Shown here in pieces: positions 38,965 to 51,312 of a stretch of 64,000 nt of DNA. A model generated the notes under the pieces. It saw nothing but the letters and a program-made list of their open reading frames with translations, had not been told where the DNA came from and ran no database searches. The stretch's first letter is position 1; every line of letters starts with the position of its first letter. Position numbers and translations under genes: made by a program. The stretch comes from Antedon mediterranea (lineage: Eukaryota > Animalia > Echinodermata), in assembly GCF_964355755.1 (NCBI RefSeq), contig NC_092670.1, positions 28,756,388 to 28,820,387 on the forward strand, read 5' to 3'.

Positions 38965-41033
38965 GAGTGTTGACAAAGTGCGAGGCAGCGAGGCACGCGA
39001 GGCAAGCGAGGCATGCAAAATATTTGTGCGAGGCATCATTTTATCATTTCCAAAAGTGCGAGGCATGCGTGGCATATAGTTTACAATTTCAAAAAGGTGC
39101 GAGGCATATCTTAACGTGCTATTATGCTATATTATAGGCCTAATAATCAATCGATACAAGCGTATCTAAATAGATTCGTGTATACACTCATCATGTTGTT
39201 TATTTTTATGTAACGATTGTTTTTTCATTCAAGTCATATCTTGTCAAATTTTACTTTTACAAAAGTGCCCAAACTACGGTTCAAAAATCTGAACGACAGT
39301 CTTCAACTTTCGATAAACAATAATTGTTATAGCGACACACTCATCAAATGACTGCAATGTTTGTTGGCATTTCGAGCGTGTTCACTCACATGTCTCTCGA
39401 ACATAGCAGAGTGAAAATAATATTTTGTCACACCCCTGCGCCTAGATCCGGTGGACCCGAGAGATGGAAAATCCCTCTTTACTATTTAGCAGGTAGCGGA
39501 ATGATTCATCCCTCAGCTCAGAGGATTGTGGTGCATTCCCCTCCTATAGCACGTGGTTTCAGCAGCAGCAACGCACAGACTTCTCTCTGAGCGGCGTGCC
39601 AAAGACATTTTTGACATTCCATTCTCTAGGAACAACGTACGTGTACCTCTCTCGCAAATAAAGTGAACAGCGATTGCCAGGACAAGTTCAATAACTAGCG
39701 GTGAATAAAAGGTAACTGATATGGCGATCCAATAACATGCCGCAAAGAAAAAAATTGCGACAGAATTCTGGAGCGCGTGTGAAAAAAGACTTACGTCCGA
39801 CAATTGTAATACTAGGCCTAAAATTAAACTTTAGCTAATATGCTTAGCCCTAACCTAGATAAGAGGCCTATGTAGAAAATAATTTAATCAATTTTGATAT
39901 AATAATAGTCGGTGTAATATTTAATAATGATACACTATTCCTGTTTTAGTAAGCTAGGTATATTACGAACGATTTTTATTTATTGTTGTCCATGTACGTA
40001 CTAATAAACCTGGCGCTAGTTTCCTTCGCTTGTATTTTTACTCCAAATTTGATAACTAACTTTATCGTGTGAATACCACACCTTAGAAGTATACCTCATG
40101 AGTACTTTAATGAAAGAATCACATAAAAAGTAACAAATAAATCCTTAAATTAATGATTTTACATGCGTGTTTCTCGCACACTGTTCGCGAATTTCACTTA
40201 TTCAATGTTCAATATTTTTGTTTCTATGGAGCGCCAAAAGAACAACGATAATAGAGGACTAAAACTCAGTGGAATGCGTCAATTTCTCGTGCATTTATTG
40301 GTGAAAAACACGTTTTATTTCAATATATTTGTTAATTTGTCAATAAAAATGCTGTAATATGTTACTGCTGATACTGTTCTGTTTTCAAAGAATAATAATC
40401 GATCCTAAATCAACATCACTCCCCATTCTAGACCACCTAGGACATCCTACTAAGGATATTATGATGAATTTTTCTATTTTATTCTTTAAAAGGTTAACGA
40501 AACCGTGTACATTATCAACAGTAACATTTTTCCTTACTGACAGTGACAAAATCTATTGAAATTGTACTTGATTTTCACCAAATAATGCGTTAAATATAAA
40601 TGGATTCCACAGAGTTTTTAGCCCTCTAATTAATTTTGCTCTTTTGGCGTTCCATAGAAACCAAAATATTGAACATTGAATGTGCGAAATGCGAGAAAAA
40701 CAACGTCTGTAAAATCACCAATTTAATGGATTTATTGTTACTTTTATGTGATTTTTCTTCATTAAAGTAGGCCTACTAATTCTAAGCTGTGATATTCAGG
40801 ATAAAGTTGGTTAAAATACAAGGCAGGTGGAAAAGGAAACTAGCCTAGCGGGCCTAGGCCTAGGCAGGCTACTTCAATTTCGGTGATTTCCTGCCTTGCA
40901 ATTTTGAAAAATGATAAAATGATGCCTCGCATTTTTTGATGATGGTAAAACGATGCCTCGCATACATTTCTGACTTGCCTCGCATGCCTTCCCTGCCTCG
41001 CGTGCCTCGCTGCCTCGCACTTTGTTACTACCC
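38965..41033. mobile_element. Mutator-like non-autonomous element
   Basis: TIRs with gcgaggca arrays (GAGTGTTGACAAAGTGCGAGGC / GCCTCGCACTTTGTTACTACCC); 9-bp TSD AAAAAAGTA; second internal inverted repeat at about 40015-40340 vs 40560-40845. Confidence 0.8.
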
Positions 41034-41080
41034 AAAAAAGTATAGGAAAATGTTTTGTTTTTTTTTTCTGATAGAGTATA

Positions 41081-42191
41081 CCATATAGAATAATGTCAGA
41101 AAAAAATCCCCATCCCAGGGTCTTGGGGAAAATTTGTTACGGCACTTTTACATTTTGGCCTAATAACACACACAAATACCTATATATAGGGGATAGGGAA
41201 AACCAATTCACGTTTTTTTTTTACTTGGAGTTGTGTTATGATGATTAAAATTTGCTGAGGCTTACTTTAATAACTACTTCTCATAGTAGTTGATAAATCG
41301 AGTCGATAACAATGACATCATCATGCCAGAATCCAATATGGCGTCCAATTTGGCGGAAAAAACAGGGTATTGCTAAACCCCGCAAACCCTTGCAAACCTC
41401 AAAAAAACATAGCAAACCCCACCGAACCAACATAAAAGTTGAATCATGTAGTATACGACCCACTGGGTATATCCATGTAAAAAAAAAATTAAATTTCTAC
41501 TGTTAACTACTTATTTTTGGGGTAAAACATCATTTTTTGGTCAAAAATGATTGCTAAGCCCTGCAAACCTCCAAAAAACCCCACTGAACCAACATAATAA
41601 AAGTGATTGAATCATGTAGTGTACGACCCACTGGGTATATCCATGTTTTAAAAAATAAAATTTCTACTGTTAACTACTTATGTTAGGGGTAAAACATCAT
41701 TTTTTGGTAAAAAATGATTGCTAATTTTTAACCAAAAAATGATGTTTTATCCCAAAAATAAGTAGTTAACAGTAGAAATTTTAATTTTTTTTACATGGAC
41801 ATACCCAGTGGGGCGTACACTCCATGATTCAATCACTTTTATGTCGGTTCGGTGGGGTTTTCTATGGTTTTTTTTTAGGTTTCCAGGGGTTTAGCAATAC
41901 CCTGTTTTTGGACGCCATATTGGATTCTGGCATGATGATGTCATCGTATCGACTTGATTCATCAACTACTATGAGAAGTAGTTATTAAAGTAAGCCTCTA
42001 CTAATTTTAATCATTAAAACACAACTGCAAGTAACAAAAACTGTTAATTGATTTTCCCTATCCCCTATATATAGGTATTTGTGTATGTTAATAGGAATTT
42101 GTGTGTGTTATATAGGCCAAAATTTAAAAGTGCCATAAAAAATTTTCCCCAAGACCCTGGGATGGGGATTTTTTTCTGACATTCCATATGG
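41081..42191. mobile_element. Foldback MITE with TA TSD
   Basis: ta|CCATAT...ATATGG|ta; nearly the whole 1.1 kb is a palindrome, with one arm carrying an internal duplication of about 160 bp. Confidence 0.85.
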
Positions 42192-42261
42192 TATATTAAA
42201 TTGTTCAAACTCGATTGGATAGCGACTCTCGACGTGGTACGGCGGAACAGCATATATATAT

Positions 42262-42422
42262 ATAAATCCAAAGGCAAATTACTGAAAAAAATGACAATTC
42301 TGTGGGTATCAGTGGCTGGATCTCAATGGAGATACAAACTAAAAGCGAAAAACTAAATCAAAACGATAAGTAAAACAGCCAGAAAAGTTAGCAGAGCTTT
42401 CGGGCAACACTAGCCCTTCATC
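42262..42422 (-). repeat. Hammerhead-bearing Penelope-type module, truncated copy between (TA)n tracts
   Basis: Reverse complement of 60812-60965; gatgaagggctagtgttgcccgaaagctctgc, missing the core 5' end. Confidence 0.75.
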
Positions 42423-42795
42423 TATATATATATATATATATATATGTTATTCACGTTTTTCTTACCGAGTTGAATGCATTTTTATGGTTCAATTGTTTTC
42501 ATTGATCAATCATAAAATGCGTATTATATCTACTGGTAAATGTTTTCTCTTTCATGCAAAAATTATTTCAAAATATGATTGAAAATGATTGATAAAGGGT
42601 ACCGGTAGTTATTTAGATTACTTAGCCAACAAAATACTTCGTTTCACCATCTTCATTTTGTTGATCCTATTCATTCAAACAAGTAGTAGCCTACTTCAAG
42701 TCGTTTTTCTACATAAGCAAAGGATTTAAATTAAATCATAAATAACTAAAGGCACGATCATTGACAAATATCGTCCACCTTCCATTAGTACTTAC

Positions 42796-42907
42796 ACGAA
42801 TGAAGACATTCTATGATGGTAGTCGCATCGATGAAATAGCCAGCACATAGAAAACAAGTTAAATGACGGTTCAACTCGGTGATTTTTATTTTCCTAGATT
42901 TATTCAT
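42796..42907 (-). CDS. BMI1: BMI1/PCGF-like coding exon 1 (start codon, RING N-half)
   Basis: Translates [37 protein letters not shown]. Acceptor ttttcag lies 6 nt before the ATG (exon starts 42913) and the donor is gtaagt; 112 coding nt. A non-coding upstream exon is implied. Confidence 0.96.
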
Positions 42908-43266
42908 CTTTCCCTGAAAACAGAAATGATTTATAAATATACAAATATTTATAGGCATTTTTATTAAAAATTACATATAAAATAAAGCGTCACGTTGTGT
43001 GTTTCCCAGTACTTAGTTTTGATTGATAATATATAAATAACTCTTTTATTGTTAATTACAAATTTAAAATACCATAATTGCCGTTACCGAATGAGTATTT
43101 GTACCGTAACGATGTATAACTGAAAATAATGAGTACAGAATAATCGGTTTAATAATCGGTTTGTTTATTTATTTAATTTATTTACAGAATACACTGTATA
43201 TATTATATACAGTGTAGCATATGTGAAATTACGAGACCCATCTTTTAAATCCAATTATTAACACGA

Positions 43267-44728
43267 TATATAAATTTAAGGGCAAAATTCGGTAAATCGA
43301 GCGTTATTTCTAGAATGTTTACTTTATGGTACGTAGGCCTACAGTATACAAAGTTGGTTCGTACTTTCGGTACTGATTTCAACCACCTAATGTAAAACTG
43401 TTTACTAATTAAATTGAGTTCGATAATGAGTTATTGACAAAAAGAATTTAGGTTCAACGATTTCCCCGAAATAGCGGTCTTTTCCGATCGTGGTATACAC
43501 TGTCTAATGGATGTCCATCTTGAAAAATACCCACACACAATTAATACAAGGATGCTTCGCATTTTTCTATCTCCTCCTACGATAATTGTTTTTAATGGCT
43601 GAAAACCATTCATAATGTTGAAGACAGGCCGATTTTCTTTAAAAAATTATATTTTGATAGATTTAATATACGTTTATACAAATTATTTGATTTGCGATGA
43701 ATGGAACATTCCAAATTATTTAGTTTAACCATTGAGGTATACCTCCATGGTTTAACACGCAAACTTATATCAATACAAATCAATTTTTTGCTGCTGGCCG
43801 AAAAAAAAGTGGGATGCTTGGTCAGTACAGGGGCCACAAGGTCAATATGGACTGTGCGTAACTTGGTAACTACTGGGTGTATTGGAATATTTGTTGTGTC
43901 AAACTACTCAGAAGACCCATATTTCTATTCACTCTAATGGGAAACCTTTGCCAAAAGTGGACATAAACTTGGCCATATAAATATCTCATCAACCACTGGT
44001 CAGAAAGTGATAATTGTGGTCTCAAATTATATGTACTGTCAATAAACCATTAATTTTAACCTTTGACATATAGCCGGCACAAATATTTTTGGCTTGGAGC
44101 ACACTTTTCATATCTCAGAAATTGTTAGGCGGATATGGTCGTAGTTGGTGTCAAAATACTCAGAAGATACATATTTCTATTCACTTTAATGGACAACAAA
44201 AAATGACCATGAAACTTTATTTTTGACCATTGACCATTTAATAACTAATATTGTCTTGCTTAATATCAAAATATCAGTGACTGCTTGTTACTACGGTATG
44301 AATGGAACATGCCAATATAACTAGTTGGTTTAACACAACTATCAGCTATAAGGAAATGTATGGGCCCTTAGCGAATAAACTTAAAACCTTAAGATATAGT
44401 ATTGCAATACTACTGTACTACACAATACTGTAAATACATAATATAAATTAAAACAATATATAACCGTCGTAGTGGTATATTGTCACGTGTACTTTATTAT
44501 TTCAATCGACTATGTGCCAGTTTTAACAAAGTATTAAATCGCAAATGTTTACTTTATTTAAGCCTATAAAACATGAAAACAATATTTCGTTGCTGCGAGA
44601 TAAAGAATATATTTAAAAATGGTTCCTCTTTGTACCTTCTCTCAACCTTAATGTTACATAAAAAAAGAGAAATTACTGTGTATTCGAGAACGTCCATCTA
44701 TGGGCAGGACCAAGATGGTACGCGAGCA
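43267..44728 (+). mobile_element. Third copy of the Helitron family at 2101-4868
   Basis: 43270-43715 and 44340-44728 are reverse complements of copy A/B segments; the terminal hairpin is cut at the Penelope junction. Confidence 0.8.
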
Positions 44729-44756
44729 ATTCTCGCATTCCAAGTCACAGAGACTC

Positions 44757-44798
44757 ACTCATGATTAAGCTGCGTCGTTGACCAGCGAAAGCTAGAGT
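44757..44798 (+). ncRNA. Minimal type I hammerhead-like motif (A3:U8 core variant)
   Basis: actc-ATGATTA-a-gctg(10 nt)cagc-GAAA-gc-TA-gagt, followed by donor AAG|gtaagt and a Penelope-like ORF start. Confidence 0.7.
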
Positions 44799-44879
44799 AA
44801 AAAGGTAAGTTTTACGATTTTTATTTGCCTTTGTTTCATTCAAAAGAAAAAAATGTTTGAATATTATACAGAGATCCAG

Positions 44880-45140
44880 ATGAACCTTTTTACTAATGTT
44901 CGTAGAGGATTTGAAATCGAAACGGTGACATTTATACGCCACTTTCAAAAGAAAGTTTCGCGCCTCCGAAATCTCAGGGTGTTCAGTTTACGTTGCAAAA
45001 ACGTAGGCCTAACGCCTACAAGTTTGAAGTTGAGAGTGCCGATCAAGAATGAAAAAGGAAGAAAGATTATCAAACATGCAGAAAAACTACTCTTAAACGA
45101 AAGAATTACAAAAGTCAGCAAGGATATTGAAAATATATAA
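44880..45140 (+). pseudogene. Penelope-like element ORF N-terminus (pLTR remnant)
   Basis: RLRNLRVFSLRCKNVGLTPTSLKL...IIKHAEKLLLNERI resembles PLE N-terminal domains as I recall them; lies downstream of a hammerhead. Confidence 0.7.
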
Positions 45141-45211
45141 ACTACATAAATTCAAATCTAACAGTTAAACTTAAAAAATCATGCGCTTGCAAATGGGTAA
45201 TTTTATGTAAA

Positions 45212-45893
45212 TTTTTAGCTCACAGCTCACTATATCGGTCGGTTGGTTGGTCGGTCGGTAAATACTAACTTGATATCGGTTTAATCTAGCTAAGTCAATT
45301 TTTCACAGTATATTCCTTGTGGCCAGGAATCGATGTGGTTATGTTTTCACGGTGTGCAATAACAAATTACGCGGTCTACGCACGATTTAACGAAATCACG
45401 TTTGTAATCATATCTTCACACGCATGAATCACACTTAAATAAAATTTGATACTCATAAATTTCAGGGCATAATTCATCATATGGCAATACAATTACATGC
45501 GTAGCGCATGTAACGCATGCGTACGCGCGCTTAAAATTTTCCAAATTGTCAAAATTTATTTTCGATGAAATAAGAGTACGTTTCAGGCAATTTTAAGCGT
45601 TTAAAAAATTGCACGATTTTTGCACGCGTACTGCGCGTTAAATTTTAATACGCACGGTTTTTGCCCGATTTCTTGTTCGGTTTTCTTGATTACTTTTCAA
45701 CTCTAAATTACGTTATACGAGCACGTCAAAAGTGACTGGCTACGCACGTGTAAATTTAAAAAATAGAAATGTTTTTAAACATTTTTAAACATGTTCAGCA
45801 ATTTCGGTCGGTTGGTCGATCGGTTGGTAGGTTGGTCGGTCGGTAAACACTAACTTGAGCACGCGACTTCAGCCATCTATATGGCCTTGTTTA
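45212..45893 (+). mobile_element. Helentron-like element sharing its interior with 290-810
   Basis: tttttag start, (GGTC/GGTT)n tracts at both ends, cacgcgact...ggccttgttt end; 45285-45760 is colinear with 296-810. Confidence 0.7.
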
Positions 45894-47334
45894 ACTTAAT
45901 ATGTAAGCAGACATGTTGTAGATATGAATTCATGCTGAATATTTATCTCTCGGATGTTATGACGTCATCATAGCCATCTGAATTTTAAATGTTGTTATCG
46001 CTTTCGACACAGTTCGTCACATTCAATAAAGCGCATATCGCGTAAACGTTATTAATTTTCTTCCAATTTTCAAAATGTTATTACTAAAACAATTCATCTT
46101 TAGACTTACGCGCTTTTTCTTTTAATTTGTAAAGGCCATCACATTCAAACAAGTGAATAAACGTCAGTGGTGTAAAATAAAAAATAACCGTCAACTAAAC
46201 CGTTTACAATGCCAATACCGTCAAATTTAAACAGTGATTGGGTTCGCTTTTGACAATCCTGGCTTTTTGTTTCATTTTCAAGATTGTTTGTACTGGACCA
46301 AAAAGATGGATTTTTAGCACAAAATCAAATTATTTTTAGCATGCAACATGTAATAACCTCAGGAAAAATATCAAGCTATAAAAATATTGTTTTCATTTTA
46401 TCTCAGAAACTTACTTAGTATATGGTAGAAGGTGTATGTAAGTTACACGTCACTGACAACAAATCGTTTAAAAAGTTACAACCAGCTAAGTTTATGAAAC
46501 CACATAAAAATGTGGTATTTTTTGGGAAAAAATGAAGATTGAGGGCGCTGTTCACATAAGTAAAAATACACTTTTTTGCCTGTATCTAATTAAGTTTTAG
46601 CCATAATAATTTGAAAATAGTCTTATTTGATAGATAATTAAATTGTCTTTATATAAAAAAAAACAACATTATATTAAATACACATATTTTCTGATAAATT
46701 CATGTGAAGTGCGTAAAATCAGCAAATATGACACATTTTAATATTATAACAAATGCTAGTGATGTTAATAAATTACAAAGTTAGTGATCATAAATAAAAT
46801 TCTTTTACATTTCTATAAAATGTTGTTATTATAAAACATATAAATGTAAATTGTTCGAACCATTTCACAAAAACAACCATTTTACGGCCAATAGTTTGAG
46901 ATTATAGAAATATGTACTACCAGTACAGGTCAAAGGTCAATAAAAATATTTCGGGTCATTTTCTTGTAAAAGTTCTTATTAGACTGAATAGAAACATATA
47001 CCTTCAGATTAATTTGAGCCCTATTTAAAGTTTGTCCAACTATTAGTTACGGAGTTATTATGATATGTAGGTCAAAGGTCAAATATGCCAAAAATCATAC
47101 TTCCAGCCATTTTTGAACAAACTTTTCCATTAGAACGAATATTAATATGCATCTCCCAAATAATTTGACACTAACATTATTTCATTTAATCTAAGCGTTG
47201 CAAAGATATGATCATTTTGTTTTCAATGGGTCAAAACGTTCAAATTGAGGTCAGAGGTCAAAGATGAATTTTAGAAATTTGACAACATGGGTTTTTATAA
47301 CCAGCATGATTCAAATATTCATAAAACACAATGT

Positions 47335-48797
47335 TTACACTTTCCCCATGATCTGCACACGAAAATACATAGGGATCTGGACTAATAACTCTGACATAGT
47401 TTCTCGGCCATCATTGCTCTTCAGACTTATGCATTTATTCGTATAGCCAAATACAACTTCTCTTCCATGAAGATTTGGTGCATATTTATTCTTTTTCCAT
47501 TCACTTAGTAGAAATTCTGTTAGTGTCATCTTATTGTCATCGCTTGACAGAAACGATTTCCAGTCTCGTGGCACTTTAGTCTTGACTCCTATGGGATTTA
47601 GAAGAACTTCTTCTAGCCCTTTCAATTCCTTTGATTGATAGTGGGAGGTAGGTATCAGTTACAAAGTCCACACGTTTTACCTTAGGCAGCTGTCCAAATA
47701 TACTCTCTGCCAGGTCTCCAAATTTATCAGGCAAAGCCATCTGTGCTTGCAGCTGAGTCATTCCGTCAACCATATATGTGGTTTCTCCAGCCGGCCTTTC
47801 TATTGTGTTTGATTCGCCTACCAATGCATGCATAGGCTTTGCCTTGTCTGTCTTCGCCTGGAACACCATCAGCAGTTGCAAGTGCCCATGGAACAGGGCC
47901 CAATGAGAAACTAAGCACCCTCTCCATACTAATGTCATGCTTCATTGCTAAAAGTACAAGCTGACCAAATACATTTCTTTCAGCTTTTACTTCTTTGGTC
48001 TTCTTTGACTGTCCCGAGATCTTACATGATTTGGCAAGTTTTACAAATGTCTTTAGTTTACACTTCTTGATTGGATGATGAAAACTTACTGTGCCTTCAA
48101 CAAGTCGTTGCGTAACAAATTTGTCGTAAGCCTGTTTTCCAATATTATCAGCCTGGAGGAGATCATGTTGGATCTCATCTGATACTGGTGCACCTGATGA
48201 CAGACAGTAGAGGACGTTCTTGTTTTCAACAACAAAAGGATTTACAAAGTTATGAAATGCTGCTAGAACCTTGCAAGTATCTTGTTCACTGTTGATGATG
48301 TGTGAGGAGCCCTTGTGTGAAGTCGATTCCATGTTATCCATGTCTGCCATTTCCATTGTGGCTTGCTGGTAACTAGCCCTACTGTGTCTTGTCGTGCACC
48401 ACCCATGAAATGCCGAATAGTTCCTGCTGAATCCTATGATTCCACCATGGCACTTTGCGTGACGGTTGATAGTTTTTTCAATTGTGATGTCAACAGCATT
48501 TCTCGACATCGGAATTTGTGATCGTTTAACGCTGAAACCATTGTGTCGCAAGAGCTCCTCTGCTCCGGGATGTGTCTCTGATATGTTTAGGAGAGACAGG
48601 AAATACACCATTGTATATCTAGCATAGTTTTGGTGGTCGTAGCTAAAAAACAGACTACACATTCTTTGTAGGCTAGCTAAATGCAAATCAAAATTGTTTT
48701 CCTTAGTTGCTCTTTGAAATTGAAGGATAAGCCAAACTCGATCCATATAGTTAAGCCAGAACTGTGCAAGTTCTCCTAGGCCTAGGCTAATCCACAT
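47335..48797 (-). pseudogene. Academ-type transposase remnant (frameshifted)
   Basis: DHQNYARY, FSVKRS, DITIEKTINRHAKCHGGIIGFS, LGPVPWALA, VDGM, RVDFVTDTY..SIKGIER, WKSFLSSDDNK across three frames; TAG-type terminus at 49489. Confidence 0.75.
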
Positions 48798-49786
48798 TTT
48801 GCACCATGTACTGTATTAGGAGAGCAAATTACTTACTATGAATTAACTTTGTTGTTGAAAAAGCACAATTTTCTTCGATAATTTAGCTCAATGTTATATA
48901 GACTAGACTGGTTTCATACAACTGATCAACTAGACTACTACACTGCTATCTGTGTTCTGATTGGTTTAAAATTGAATGTCATGCATCAACTAATTTGTTT
49001 GATAGAAGTTTTTGTATTATTTTAATAATAATATTATTTTATTAGTTTAATCAAATAATGTCAGTACTAGTTAAATTATTGAATGGTAAAATGACATTCT
49101 GACATTTTTCTGATTGTTTATATAATCATTTCTAGTAATTACTTCAATTTTGTTAAGTTTTATGATTTTCGACGGCCATTTTGAAATGCGCCCTCTATAT
49201 TGACTTTTCGGAATACAAACATATACCATGACCTGACCACACATTATTTCAATACAGAACAATTAAAAAACAAGTTAATTTTAGCATATAAATTACTGTT
49301 TTATCAATATATATATAATATTTTATTAAATTTGGCGGCCATTTTGGAAAAAGCGCCCTCATCGGTTTACGCACCACTGCGCAATGTGCAGACAACCTGA
49401 TTTGAAAACCTATATGTGTGAGGTTTCCAAAAATGTATGGGTCATAAAATCCCCAGGGGGGGAGGGGGGTTACGGTAGCCCACAGTCTATAAGTACAATA
49501 TTTTTAATATGAGGTTTCAAGACTACAAACAATTGATTACCGTACATAGCTTTACGTTGTTTTTTGTAATTATTATTTTATGTTTATTGCCTAAATGAAT
49601 AAAATAAAAATAAAATTACTACTTTTTCCCAAATTTACTTATCTACGGTAGGCCTACTGAATCTCAGAAAATGTCTGACCTTGTGAAAGGATCATTTGTT
49701 GGGTCAAGTTATGTCAAAATGTATTATTTATGTTATCTTAGAACCTGTTTCTATGGGTAACTAAGGATAATTGTTTTTTTTAAATA

Positions 49787-50335
49787 CAGTTGAACCTCCC
49801 GTAAGTGGCCACCCTCGGGACCTGGAAAAGTGGCCGCTTACGGGCGGTGACCCCTTACGGGAGGTTCTGCCGATAAAGGGCCAAAATCACGTATTATGGC
49901 TATATACGATATTCTTAACGAAACGAGCCTCTCAATTTTCCAGCTAATTGTAGGCCTATTATTATTTATAATCAGGTGGTTTAGTATTTTTTAGCATTTT
50001 CAGACAAATTTTAAAAGCTTTTATCATATGAAAAATGGTCGGTCAAAATCTGTGTAGTTTTCTCATCTCTTCACAGTAATGTTTTTAAAACCTCTTCAAA
50101 ATAAAGCTAATATATAAAGAAATACAATAAACATGCACCTCTAATTCATAGGTCCATGCAATAATTATCACATTTTTCGATTGGCCGCTTACAAAAAAAT
50201 CTCATTTTTAGTATAAAAAGGTGCCCGCAGCTGCTTACGGTAAGCACCAAATGCACTAATTAGATAGGAAGAACAAACAGGCTTTTCAAAGTGCGTCCGT
50301 TAAGGGAGGTGGTAGCTTACGGGAGGTGCCCGCTG
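49787..50335. mobile_element. Tc1/pogo-type MITE
   Basis: ta|CAGTTGAACCTCCCGTAAG...cttacgggaggtgcccgCTG|ta; subterminal 17-bp repeats. Confidence 0.75.
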
Positions 50336-50671
50336 TAAATAAAATATGGGGTTTTCATGAAGAAAAATAATCACAGAAGAAAGTGCTTAGGAATATGACC
50401 TAATTTGAAAATGCAAATAAGACATGCCTGCTAATAACCTACAAATTTTAATTTGTATAAGATAAATAGGAATATCTCAATTTTAGTTACCATGTAACTG
50501 TTGCTATGCATAACTAAGGGAAATTAAATAATTATCAGATAATTATTAATTTTAATTAATAATTATCTGAATAATTAATACTGAATCCAACCATCACAGT
50601 AAAAAAAAATATAGAATTTAAAACAAATATTTAATAATAAAGTGTGATATTTTACATGATGACCTTAAATG

Positions 50672-51312
50672 AAATGAAATTTTACATCAGGGCTTCAATA
50701 TTTGTTATGTAGCATTAACATACCTGAGTATATCATTGACTTTTGATTGGTTCTATTTTGGGGAGGGGAAAGTGGTGGATCCAGGACTTTGAAATAGTTA
50801 GGTGGTTCAAGGCGAGGGTCTAAAAATTTAACTTTATGTCCTATCTTTTCCATTGCAATTTTTAACTTGGGGTGGGTGGGGGCTTGAAGAAAGGGGGAGG
50901 GGGTGGGATGGAGGAGTTTGAATCCGTCTATTCATTGGGGCGATGGTAGCGGCAGTGTGGGTGGTGCTTGAATGCATGCATTTGACACTTTAAATCAAAT
51001 GAAATTTTACATCAGGGCTTCAATATTTGTTATGTAGCATTAACATACCTGAGTATATCATTGACTTTTGATTGGTTCTATTTTGGGGAGGGGAAAGTGG
51101 TGGATCCAGGACTTTGAAATAGTTAGGGGGTTCAAGGCGAGGGTCTAAAAACTTAACTTTATGTCCTATCTTTTGCATTGCAATTTTTAACTTGGGGTGG
51201 GTGGGGGCTTGAAGAAAGGGGGAGGGGTGGGATGGAGGAGTTTGAATCCGTCTATTCATTGGGGCGATGGTAGCGGCAGTGTGGGTGGTGCTTGAATGCA
51301 TGCATTTGACAC
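50672..51312. repeat. Near-perfect 325-bp tandem duplication
   Basis: Copies start at 50672 and 50997 with only a few substitutions. Confidence 0.9.
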
